Source: Candidatus Poseidoniaceae archaeon
GTDB taxonomy: Archaea; Thermoplasmatota; Poseidoniia; Poseidoniales; Poseidoniaceae
Assembly (NCBI GenBank): GCA_030747785.1
Contig: JASLKC010000057.1
Span: 10,495 to 74,494, forward strand
DNA: 64,000 bases
Reading direction: 5' to 3'
In this document: in pieces, positions 19,800 through 29,100 of the stretch
Numbering within the stretch: the stretch's first letter is position 1
Layout of the letters: each line of letters starts with the position of its first letter
Made by a program: the position numbers and the translations under genes
Notes under the pieces: generated by a model
What the model saw: only the letters and a program-made list of their open reading frames with translations
Told to the model about the DNA's origin: nothing
Database searches by the model: none

Positions 19800-21005
19800 T
19801 CATGCAAATAATATTTTTATTCCAGCTTTCAGGGCGAGTTTCCTGAATTCAGGAACGCGTTTTAGCAGAGTCAACCCCAAAGGAACCGGATGTTCAATAT
19901 CTCCTTTGACATTGATTAATTCCAAAATTTCAGGTCGGTTAAACATAGTGAAAATATTGTCTAGTTCATCATCAGCAGGCAGAGTTACCAACAAGTCTCG
20001 TAGCGCTCTTGCACGATCTTGTTCCTTGCGCATTGCCTTGTATGAATTGCAAATAATTGCGAGGTCTGCTGCAAGTAAATGTTCGGATTCAATCGCATTA
20101 ATTAATTCGGAGGCAATCAGTTCAATCTGCCTAAATCCAGGTCCGATTCCGCCTCCAGTAGTTGGTTTTGCCATTCCTGCAGCATCACCAATTAGCATCA
20201 CTCTATCCTTGAATGGCTTTTTTACTATACCACAGGGAATTGGACCGCAGTACCGTGCTATTTCCTTCATTCCAGTGAATCTTTCACGCCATAATGGATG
20301 ACTCAATAGTGCATCATATAATTGTTCGACACTACGGCCTTCCAACTCTTGTGGTCGAGCCCATACTCCTATTCGATGAGTTCCTTGTCCCGAAGGAATT
20401 ACCCATGCAAATAACCCCGGAGCAACATCTCTTCCAGTGTACATCTCCAGCCAATTTTCCTTACCTGAAAGTCCTGTGACATCAGTTTGGAAACCAATCA
20501 TCATCTCCTTTGGTTTGCCCATTTTGAAGTGTCTTCGTGTCCAAGAATGGGCACCATCGGCACCAACTAATAATGAGCAACTGATTTCGATTTTTTCTCC
20601 TTCCCTTTCGACTAGGAGGTTCACGCCATCATCTACAACTGTTGCATCAAGTGGTTTCGAAAGTAACCAGAGATGTGCCCCTTCTTCCATAGCTTGTCGA
20701 ACCACACCTTGGTCGAAGCGCTTACGGCACACTACATGAGTTCGAATCTCTCCAGGAGAACCTACTGGGACTTGGATGCCAGTGGGTGAATGGATTAGTG
20801 CACCATCGACATTCTGTAGGATGGTTTCGTGGAGTCCGACCATATCCATTGCAGGTGGATTTACTAGGCCTGCACATTGGAATGGTCTGCCGATTTCTGC
20901 ATGCTCTTCAAGCATGAGTGTACTAATTCCCGATGCAGCCAATTCTGTGGCTAGCCTTCCACCGACTGGGCCGGCTCCAACTATGACCACTTGGAAGTGC
21001 ATCAT
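19800..21005 (-). CDS. geranylgeranyl reductase family FAD oxidoreductase (archaeal lipid saturation type)
   Basis: VVIVGAGPVGGRLATELA (GxGxxG), LVGADGAHS and VMLIGDAAGMAKPTTGGGIG are typical GGR motifs. Confidence 0.8.
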   Translation of the reverse strand: MMHFQVVIVGAGPVGGRLATELAASGISTLMLEEHAEIGRPFQCAGLVNPPAMDMVGLHETILQNVDGALIHSPTGIQVPVGSPGEIRTHVVCRKRFDQGVVRQAMEEGAHLWLLSKPLDATVVDDGVNLLVEREGEKIEISCSLLVGADGAHSWTRRHFKMGKPKEMMIGFQTDVTGLSGKENWLEMYTGRDVAPGLFAWVIPSGQGTHRIGVWARPQELEGRSVEQLYDALLSHPLWRERFTGMKEIARYCGPIPCGIVKKPFKDRVMLIGDAAGMAKPTTGGGIGPGFRQIELIASELINAIESEHLLAADLAIICNSYKAMRKEQDRARALRDLLVTLPADDELDNIFTMFNRPEILELINVKGDIEHPVPLGLTLLKRVPEFRKLALKAGIKILFA

Positions 21006-21046
21006 GAGGTCGTCCCATAGGGACGGCTGTCAATGTTGTGCAAGCA

Positions 21047-23800
21047 TCAGCGCTTTGCAAAGCGATATCCGATGCTCTCATTTGGTTTGATGTAAAGTGT
21101 AGCAGTGAATGGTTTACCCGTTTTCTTCGCTAGGAAATCCTCGAATGGCCCGACTTTCTTCTTTTCGATGAGTTCTTTCGCCTCTTCACGAGTAATAGTT
21201 CGCTTGCTAACCTCTCTTAGTAAGGAGATTGAGCAACCCTTGTCATTTTTCTCGCTTAGGTAATGTGTTTCAGTTTCGATGATTCCTACATCGTGCTTCG
21301 GGCATGTTCCAACAACACCTTTGACCACCGGAAATTTGGTTGCATCAGCAGGTGGTGCTCTAGGTGGGAATTCAAATCCTACCTTCTTTGTTTCAAGTAC
21401 AAGGAAAGCAGGGAATGGCCGTCCACGCTTACTGGTGAAATCTTCGATCAAGTCACTTTTCCCTTCGGTAAGGATTTTTCGTGCCTCATCGACACTAATG
21501 TCGCGCTTGCAAATATTCTTGCCCAATCCACGGAATTCACATTCGCCATTATCACATGCGTAATTTTTCTCACCAATTCGAATAGTTCCATGGCTACACT
21601 TCGGACATTTGCATAATTCTTCAGCGGAAACATCAACGGTTTCAGTTGGCTTTCCTGCAAATAGAATCTTGCCATCTTCACCCAATGAAATACTGGTCTC
21701 ATAGTGCTCGCCATTTCGACTGAAAAATCCGTGGAGATTGTTGATTTCCTTATTTGCAAGTAGCCTAGATGTAGTGTTTCGGTCAAACCATCTCCCACTA
21801 GCGTCCTTCCACATTACAAAGGCACAACCTTTGTCACGCCCTTCATTTTTCTCACAAATATAGGAAAGGATAGTCTCGCTTACACCACTTGCACACAGAG
21901 GGCATGTGCCGACTGGTAATTCACTTTCATAGAGTTTCGAACGGTCGTGGTCACGAATTCCATCAACCATTTCCTGCACCATTTCTCTGATACGAGACAT
22001 GTAAGATTCGCGCTGGAATTCACCTTTTTGGACCGATGCAAGTTTTGACTCCATGTCACCGGTTAGTTCTGCAGAGGTAATCCAGGAAACTGGGATTCTG
22101 CGTAAGATGTCAATGATGCGTATTCCATGTGCAGTAGCACGCAAAGAGCCACCTTTACCGCGCTCGATATATGTGCGGCTAAGCAGTTTTTCTATTGTAT
22201 CTGCACGGGTTGCTGGTGTTCCAAGTCCCTTGCCTTTCATTGCCGCAGCGAGTTCATCATCATCGATTTTCTTTCCAGCGTGTTCCATAAGGCGTAGTAA
22301 TCCGGCTTCTTTTAGACGACCTGTAGGCTTGGTTTTCTCTTCTTTGAATTCGGATGCCACAAGATCGGCATCACATGGGTTAGCAGGTAATACATTCCAG
22401 CCTTCGGGGAGGGTCTGTTTCTTTGGACGAACTGCTCTCCAGCCCGGTGTAGTGAGATGGCGTGCTTCCTTTATCCAGTCTTGGTCTTGTTTGGTAGCAA
22501 TACGCTTTTGCACTTCCCAAATTGCCTCATTGTGAAATGATGCGAGAAATTGTCGTGCAATCAAATCGTAGAGTTTCTTTGCATCTGCATTCAACCCACT
22601 ATCCGGTATTTTTCCAGTTGGAATTATGGCGAAGTGGTCGCTTACCTTTGCATTGTCAAAATTTCTACTTACATTTGCAAGACCTTGGTCAACTAGACGT
22701 TTTGAATGTTCTTCGAGAGTAGGCTGTGCTCCGAGTTGGCGTACTGTCTTGGAAATCACATCTTTCATATCCTCCGGAAGATGTCGAGAATCAGTACGTG
22801 GATAGGTAGTGAGTTTGTGAGCATCATAGAGTTCTTGTGCAACCGACAAGGTTCTGCGAGCAGACCATGACCAAATTCCATTTGCCTCTCTCTGCAAACT
22901 TGTCAAGTCGAAATTCAGAGGGACTCTTTCCTTGGAATTTCGTTGGGTTTGGTTAACTTCAAAAGTTCCTGAAGATGCTAATATCTCTTCAAGTACCTTC
23001 TTTTCCACCTCATCAGTGATTCGGTGCGCCTTCACTTCAGGATGTTCGGGGTCATCTTTGTGCCCACGCCTCTCCCATCGACCCTCAAATGATGCCTCGC
23101 CAGCAGTGAAAGTAGCGTGGAGTTCCCAGAATGGTTTTGCCTCATGTCCAAGAATTTCGAGTTCTTGGTCGACAATCATAGCTAGAGTTGCAGTTTGAAC
23201 ACGGCCCAAGGAAATCGAGGATTTGTCATTACGACTCATGCGCAAGAATGTCGATGCAACCCGTGAACCATTCATTCCAATTATCCAATCTGCTTCTGCG
23301 CGCGATATTGCAGCAGCGCGTAATGGATCGTAATCAGATGCTGGTGCTCTATGCTCCCATGCAATCTCAATAGCGTCACGTGTGAGAGACTGCAACCACA
23401 TTCGGCTCATAGGAACCTTGACTTTACTGAATTCTACTATACGACGAAAAATCAACTCTCCTTCACGTGCAGCGTCACAGGCATTCACAACTTCAGTGCA
23501 ATCCTTAGCGGTGATCAATTTCTTAATGGCAGTCAATTGTTTGCGATTATTTCCGCGTCCAGTAATTGGTTTGAGTTGGAATTCTTCTGGTATGAATGGT
23601 AAACGGTCAATTGTACCACGCCAGGATTTGAATGCTTCATCGTATTCTTCAGGAGTCTTGAGTTCGAGCAAATGTCCTACTGCCCAAGTAACAATAATGT
23701 CATCATTTGCCCAATGGGTTTCGTGCTTTGTAGAAACCCCGAGAGTCTTTGCAATATCAGCCGCCACACTTGGCTTCTCAGCGATAATGACGGATGGCAT
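21047..23800 (-). CDS. topB: type IA DNA topoisomerase, Topo III-like, with Zn-ribbons and two Topo_C repeats
   Basis: IIAEKPSVAADIAK (Toprim), ACDAAREGELIF, active-site TYPRTDSRHL, C4 ribbons (CPLC...C, CPKC...C) and two copies of FxSKRGRPFPAFL / FLAKKTGKPFTATL. Confidence 0.9.
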   Translation of the reverse strand: MPSVIIAEKPSVAADIAKTLGVSTKHETHWANDDIIVTWAVGHLLELKTPEEYDEAFKSWRGTIDRLPFIPEEFQLKPITGRGNNRKQLTAIKKLITAKDCTEVVNACDAAREGELIFRRIVEFSKVKVPMSRMWLQSLTRDAIEIAWEHRAPASDYDPLRAAAISRAEADWIIGMNGSRVASTFLRMSRNDKSSISLGRVQTATLAMIVDQELEILGHEAKPFWELHATFTAGEASFEGRWERRGHKDDPEHPEVKAHRITDEVEKKVLEEILASSGTFEVNQTQRNSKERVPLNFDLTSLQREANGIWSWSARRTLSVAQELYDAHKLTTYPRTDSRHLPEDMKDVISKTVRQLGAQPTLEEHSKRLVDQGLANVSRNFDNAKVSDHFAIIPTGKIPDSGLNADAKKLYDLIARQFLASFHNEAIWEVQKRIATKQDQDWIKEARHLTTPGWRAVRPKKQTLPEGWNVLPANPCDADLVASEFKEEKTKPTGRLKEAGLLRLMEHAGKKIDDDELAAAMKGKGLGTPATRADTIEKLLSRTYIERGKGGSLRATAHGIRIIDILRRIPVSWITSAELTGDMESKLASVQKGEFQRESYMSRIREMVQEMVDGIRDHDRSKLYESELPVGTCPLCASGVSETILSYICEKNEGRDKGCAFVMWKDASGRWFDRNTTSRLLANKEINNLHGFFSRNGEHYETSISLGEDGKILFAGKPTETVDVSAEELCKCPKCSHGTIRIGEKNYACDNGECEFRGLGKNICKRDISVDEARKILTEGKSDLIEDFTSKRGRPFPAFLVLETKKVGFEFPPRAPPADATKFPVVKGVVGTCPKHDVGIIETETHYLSEKNDKGCSISLLREVSKRTITREEAKELIEKKKVGPFEDFLAKKTGKPFTATLYIKPNESIGYRFAKR

Positions 23801-23856
23801 GATTCGGCGGGGGATTGACGAGGCTACTTGAAGGCTCGCTAAAGATGGATTTCTGG

Positions 23857-23874
23857 CAGGTACTATAGTACCTG
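23857..23874. promoter_or_regulatory. 18-bp perfect palindrome CAGGTACTATAGTACCTG in the topB upstream region
   Basis: Read directly from the sequence. It lies 57-74 nt upstream of the topB ATG, next to an A/T-rich TTAATTTTTA block on the coding strand and just downstream of the preceding gene. Confidence 0.4.
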
Positions 23875-23892
23875 TAAAAATTAAGGTATTTT

Positions 23893-24288
23893 TTAGGTAG
23901 AGAAATTCGCTCTTCGGGACTTCTCATCCCAGACTCCTTCAGCACCAGGTCCGGCACAACCAACACAACCTGGATATCCAGCCTCGAGAAGGTCGAAAAC
24001 CTGTTCTTCAAATTCTTCGTATGTTCCACCCGGAACCCAGCAAGATTTGAGTGAAGGTTCATCCCCACCAATTCGGAATAGACCATCGACTCCTAGTTCG
24101 CCTTCAATAATAGTTGGGAGATTTATTTTTGAAGGGATATTGTCAGCGATTGCTTGTACAACTTTGTGTGCATCTGTGACATTATCTATCGAAACTTGCA
24201 GGACACATCCATCGGCTTTGAGGAATCTACGCGCTGCTTCGCGCAGGGATTGCCAGCGTTCATCGCTCATGTCCATATTCAGTGGCAT
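23893..24288 (-). CDS. hypothetical small protein with a C-terminal GCVGC motif
   Basis: The ORF runs to 24360, but that would overlap the divergent pyrD start, so the Met at 24288 (MPLNMDMSDERW) is preferred. No family recognised. Confidence 0.4.
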   Translation of the reverse strand: MPLNMDMSDERWQSLREAARRFLKADGCVLQVSIDNVTDAHKVVQAIADNIPSKINLPTIIEGELGVDGLFRIGGDEPSLKSCWVPGGTYEEFEEQVFDLLEAGYPGCVGCAGPGAEGVWDEKSRRANFST

Positions 24289-24332
24289 GTGCGGGCAAGA
24301 CTTGAAGGATGCGCTGCACGCCGAATGTATTG

Positions 24333-25412
24333 ATGGGCCTACCACACATGCTACTCGCACGGCCGTTAATGGCCATCATGGATAGCGAGAAGGCACATGG
24401 TAGGGCATTACTTGCACTTCGAATTACCAGTGCAACGGGATTGGGTCGGCTAATGCTTAGAGTATTATATCGGCCAAAGGCTGTGCCGAGCGAATGTTTC
24501 TCGATGCAATTCCCCAATCCATTAGGGCTTGCAGCAGGTATGGATAAGAAAGCAGAAGCGATGATTGGGTGGGATCAAATCGGTTTCGGATTCATTGAAA
24601 TCGGTGGGGTCACCATGGAGGAGCAAGATGGCAACCCTAAGCCACGAATGTTCCGTTCATCCAAACATGGAGCATTGGTTAACCGCATGGGATTCAACAA
24701 CCCCGGCTCGCAAAAAATCGCTCAACATTTAGCTAAGGTGCGAAAACCCACAGTACCACTTCTACTGAATATAGGCAAGTCGAAAATCACATCTCTCGAA
24801 GATGCCCATCTCGATTATGCAACCACAGTAGAGCGTTGTGAAAAATTCGTCGATGGATTTGTCATCAATGTCTCTTCACCAAATACACCCAATCTTAGGG
24901 AGTTACAGAAGGATGAGGACCTTGCTAGAATAATCAAAGCGGTTCAAACTCATAGTGGTGAGAAACCTGTACTCGTCAAAATTTCCCCAGACTTAGGGAA
25001 TGCCCAAATCATTAGCATCACAGATACAGCGCGTGATCTTGGTTGCGCAGGTATCATTGCAACCAATACTACAGTTGAGCGCCCTGATGATTCGAAAACT
25101 ATGACTGAGACCGGCGGTCTTTCGGGAAAGCCTCTTGCAAATCGTTCTACCGAAGTAATCAGACTGATCGCCGACCATACAGATGGAGGATGGCCAATTA
25201 TTGGCGTAGGTGGAATATCAAATGCTGATGATGCCTGGGAGAAGATTACCAATGGCGCTTCACTGATACAGATTTATTCTGCACTCGTCTTCCAAGGCGC
25301 AGGTTCGGTTAAGTCAATTGTCAATGGACTCGATAGGAAATTGAAGGCAGCAGGTTTGACTACGCTTGATGAAGCGGTTGGAATAGCGAGGACTGGAAAT
25401 GTTAACCCATAG
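24333..25412 (+). CDS. pyrD: dihydroorotate dehydrogenase (quinone), class 2
   Basis: DSEKAHG, NPLGLAAGMDK, FIEIGGVT, NRMGFNNPG, GGLSGKPL and IGVGGI. The start is ambiguous (24309/24333/24348); the N-terminal length best matches bacterial PyrD from 24333-24348. Confidence 0.9.
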   Translation: MGLPHMLLARPLMAIMDSEKAHGRALLALRITSATGLGRLMLRVLYRPKAVPSECFSMQFPNPLGLAAGMDKKAEAMIGWDQIGFGFIEIGGVTMEEQDGNPKPRMFRSSKHGALVNRMGFNNPGSQKIAQHLAKVRKPTVPLLLNIGKSKITSLEDAHLDYATTVERCEKFVDGFVINVSSPNTPNLRELQKDEDLARIIKAVQTHSGEKPVLVKISPDLGNAQIISITDTARDLGCAGIIATNTTVERPDDSKTMTETGGLSGKPLANRSTEVIRLIADHTDGGWPIIGVGGISNADDAWEKITNGASLIQIYSALVFQGAGSVKSIVNGLDRKLKAAGLTTLDEAVGIARTGNVNP

Positions 25413-25788
25413 GGCTCGCCTTCTGATAGTAGGTCTTGTCCTGACCGCGCTACTTGCCGCTACTTTGCTCTTAGAGGCGCCTGAAGCCACTCGGACAGTT
25501 GATGTGGTGATGAGCGACCCCGAGAGTCTTGAAGGCCGTACAATCGCAATTCGTGGCGAAGTTCAAGATGGTTCAATCAACAATACTTCTGACACCTTCA
25601 TTCTTCATGGTGAAATGTATGAACTCAGTATCGATTTCACCAAGGCTACAGTTTCGAATGGACTAGCCGATAATAGAACCGTATATGCTGAAGGAATACT
25701 AGTGCACGATGGAGATAGTTGGGTCTTTGAAGCTGATATTATCAAAACCTCTTGCCCTTCAAAGTACGAAGCCGAAACCACTGAATAA
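25399..25788 (+). CDS. ccmE: CcmE-like heme chaperone (OB-fold) with the variant CxxxY motif
   Basis: N-terminal TM anchor (LLIVGLVLTALLAATLLL). OB-fold pattern IAIRGEVQDGS..F.L....L.I.F......DN.TVYAEG. The C-terminal IIKTSCPSKYE places C-P-S-K-Y where CcmE has HxxxY. Overlaps the pyrD stop by 14 nt. Confidence 0.6.
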   Translation: MLTHRARLLIVGLVLTALLAATLLLEAPEATRTVDVVMSDPESLEGRTIAIRGEVQDGSINNTSDTFILHGEMYELSIDFTKATVSNGLADNRTVYAEGILVHDGDSWVFEADIIKTSCPSKYEAETTE

Positions 25789-25799
25789 GGCCCCGATGC

Positions 25800-26100
25800 C
25801 TTCAAATCAGTCCGCTGTCACGGCCTGTTGGGATAGGAGGGGAGTTTGCGTGCCCTATACCGCAAATCGCAAATGGCGGTCCGAATGCCGAGGGGCGGCT
25901 CAGCCGGTCCATGGATTCCCACAGGCGGACGTCGATGTCTCGCCCCCACGTGACCCGGGTGTCATGAACCGAAGCCGGAAGGAGTCGGGAACCGAATAAC
26001 CGGGGGATCAGGTCAGGCCGGGAACGGAGCAGCCCTACCTGGGGCCATGGGTGCCGAGGGGTAACGGGACGGAGGAAGTCTGTGGACTTGGTCCATGGGT
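25800..26100 (+). ncRNA. ffs: signal recognition particle RNA (archaeal 7S type); ends approximate (+/- 25 nt)
   Basis: The only long non-coding gap, visibly GC-richer than its flanks. 26009-26034 CAGGUCAGGCCGGGAACGGAGCAGCC matches the universal helix-8 motif (human AGGUCGGAAACGGAGCAGG). An upstream GUGACCCGGG...GCCGGAAGGAGUCGGG is helix-6-like. GUCCGC (25810-15) can pair with GUGGAC (26083-88). Confidence 0.75.
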
Positions 26101-26126
26101 ACGAGGGTCCACCCTCGGTTTCCCAC

Positions 26127-29100
26127 TCATCTTTGTGCAATGATGAAACAGCCTATGTGCTTCACTGGTTCGCCATTTGAAATTCTTCCTTCCGAGGAAT
26201 AGATGTCATCCTTTGATGAGATTCTAACCATGTATGTTGTTGGGTCGGAATCGAATAATCTTCCGTGCTTAGAATGATGATGGACGAATACGTGATACGA
26301 TCCACTAGGTGCAGATTGCATCCAAAGAACATTCTCAATTGGCCTCTTGGTCCTACCCTTTGCATTCATGTCGAGTTCGAGGTTCCCGCCATCACTGGAT
26401 TGGCGGTTTCCATGGTGAATAATCTCTCCACTAGGGGTGCGAATTAACAAATCTAAATCATTCAAATTATCCCATAATAGAGTAAAGGTAAGGGGGCCAA
26501 CACTTGCATTTTCTTTATTCATTCGTTTAACGAATTCATCGTTTCTCTCGCAGCCTTCGATGAAAGTACTTTGACTTGCAGCAATAGAGGCCTCAAGAAT
26601 CTGTGATAGGTTTGCGGACCTTCTTTCGAATCTCTCAGTTTCTTCTTTCTGAATTCGCAATTCCTCCGCCTTGATTTCCAGCAGCCTCAACAATTGAGTT
26701 CCATCATTATCATTAACGCCGGAAATCTCCATCGAGATTGCATCTTCATATGTTGATAACGATTCTATTGTACTCTTAATCCTTCTCACATTCTCTCTTT
26801 CTAACTCCTGTTGTTCATTCTTTCTTACTTCAGTCAATTTCTTTTCAAAAGCGGACTTAATCTTTTCAGCATCCTTGTCAAACAATTCCAATTGAGGTAG
26901 TTCACGAAGGTCATCTGAGACTTGGGCATTTGCGATTGAATTTGCGAGTAATTTGTAATTGGTGCGCATGGTATCTTTTCGAGTTCTTTCAGCAAACTTC
27001 TCCAATGATGCCCGCTGTTTTTCAAGTCTTTTCTCAACTTTCGGTATTTGCTCAGCAGCAACACCAGTGAATTCAATTTGGTCTAATTGCTCAACATTCT
27101 GAGCGTCGTTAATTGCAGCGATTACAATATCCATGGCCTCATCTTCCTTCTCAAGCCTGATACGTTCTACTAATTCGGTGAGATATTCAACACGATTCTC
27201 CCTTTCGGCTGTGAATTCTTCGATATTCATCGGTGAAAGCAACATGCCATTCAATTCGGGTAAAGATTCAGGATTTTCAGCAGTGGCAAGCTGATGCCAT
27301 AGAGTAGCTCGATTATCTCGTTCTCTCGCAATCATCTCTCCACGTGCAACGGGGTCAGAAATTGAGACACTTGCAACCCAGAGTACCTTCGTACTCTCTT
27401 CCAATGTGCAGGAAAATGCAGAGATTAGTGGGCCGTCCTGTACTCGAACCTTCAACGCAGATTTCGCACCAATTAGAGATCTATTTTCCTTAAACCATAC
27501 GAATACATCATACTGGCCGCCGGGAGTGTCTTGCGAATCCCAAATGATATTTTCAAGAGGATCAGAAATTGGAGAATCGGCATTCATTTCAATGTCGATA
27601 CGTCCGCCGCTATTGCTATTTTTTCCTTTGTAGATTAGTGATGAATCAGGGCATCTAATAATTACATCTAGGTCATTTTTGTCATTCCAAAGCAGGGTGA
27701 ACATTACATCACTGTACTGACCCTCATACTCCATCAGACGCTGCAATGTTTCTTCTTCGAATCCGGAGTCGAATTCGATTGCATTATCGGGCTGAGTTTG
27801 CAGAGCAATTCCGATTCCTTCAGTGAGGATTACACCAAGTTCGATTTCATCGGTTTTCTCCTCTATTAATTCCAAGAATTCCTCTATTTGTTCATCTCTC
27901 AAATTTCTTAATGGAATATGCTCTAAATCTTTCAATTCAACTGCATTTTCTATGGTGAGCTTATTGTTGTTATAGGTTTGATTTTGTAGATGTATTAGAC
28001 GTTGAGCACGACGATTTTCCAATTCTTCAAATTGTTGGATTCCAACATTGTAAAAATTCTTGGTAAGCAATTCTTCCATGTCTTCGCATGTTTCGATAAT
28101 ACCACAATATTTGTTGAATTTCTTCGCCTGTTTTTTCAGTCGTAATTCTTCAACCAAAGTCTGGCGTTTTTCTTGCATTTTAGTCTTGATTTTATCCATT
28201 CTTCCCTCGCTCAAATCAGGGATTTCAATAGCGTCGATTTGCAGTGCACTTTCTGCGAAATCTATGCTGCCCATTACTATTCCATATTGCAAGTCGCCTC
28301 TACGCTTGTCACGAATGACTTCGAGAATTCGTTCTTGATTTGTATTTACGCTACTAATCACGATTGCGTCAAGTCCTTCCAATGAAGAGACATCCATCAT
28401 TTCTTTATCGATTTTCTCAAACGCATCCCGCTCTACTTCTGCGATATTCTTTACAATTAATTCGTACTTTCTCTTATTGGATAGGGTTTGCAATTTTTCA
28501 ATCATTACTGGTGTGAATGGGCTGAAATTTAACCGGATTAGTTCTTCTAAGTCATTAATTAGTGGGATCTCATGGGATAAAGTATTGTATTTTTCCTCAG
28601 TAACGATTATTTTACGTCTTTCATCCTTCAATCCCGCAAGAGATTTACTTGCAGTCTCACTTGCAATGTCAACTTCTATCGCATCGATTTCCTCAACACT
28701 TCTTGCATTGCAAATCGATATTCGAATCGCTTCAATATCCTGTCTATCTTCCAATCTAGTTTTGAGGTCTTGTAGTTCTTCATCTAAGGTCGAAACGAAC
28801 TTTTCTTTTGATTTAATATCGAGTTCTTCTCTATCCTCTTCGACAATCTCTTTTTCCTTACCGAGTAAGTTTTCTTTCAGGTCATTGAGCATTTCCGATA
28901 ATTCAGCCATGCGATTTTCGAGTTCTGTACCCTCTAATACATCTAATCCGAATTGTAGACTTTCATCGGTTGGAAGTTCCAATCTAACCTGATGTGTGTG
29001 TATGGAGCGAATTATTGCAAGAACTTCTTTTCTGCGTAATAATGTAGTGGACAATTCGGATTCTAGATTTGTCATAACTTGGTCATGCTCGACAATTTTT

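Noticed and set aside
19669-20301. A 210-aa ORF antisense to the GGR gene and the neighbouring membrane-protein gene. Similar long shadow ORFs occur at 498-971, 22053-22535, 28477-28992, 30743-31474, 32892-33626, 47621-48292 and 57104-57724.
   Set aside because: All lie fully inside, and antisense to, genes with strong motif support. They have Ser/Pro/Arg-rich low-complexity translations and no recognisable motifs.
21006-21046. A short hairpin CGTCCC-ATA-GGGACG between the topB stop and the GGR start.
   Set aside because: It has only a 6-bp stem and no T-tract. It could be a weak terminator or processing site, but the evidence is too thin to call.
26071-26090. GGAGGAAGUCUGUGGAC resembles the RNase P P4 sequence GAGGAAAGUCC.
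   Set aside because: It sits at the 3' end of the structured region rather than near a 5' end. I could find no other RNase P signature. The upstream SRP motifs explain the locus.
25709-26140. Two ORFs (96 aa on +, 112 aa on -) covering the gap between the CcmE-like gene and the giant coiled-coil gene.
   Set aside because: They are mutually antisense and Arg/Pro/Gly-rich. They lie on a GC-rich segment carrying the SRP helix-8 motif, so the region is better explained as SRP RNA.
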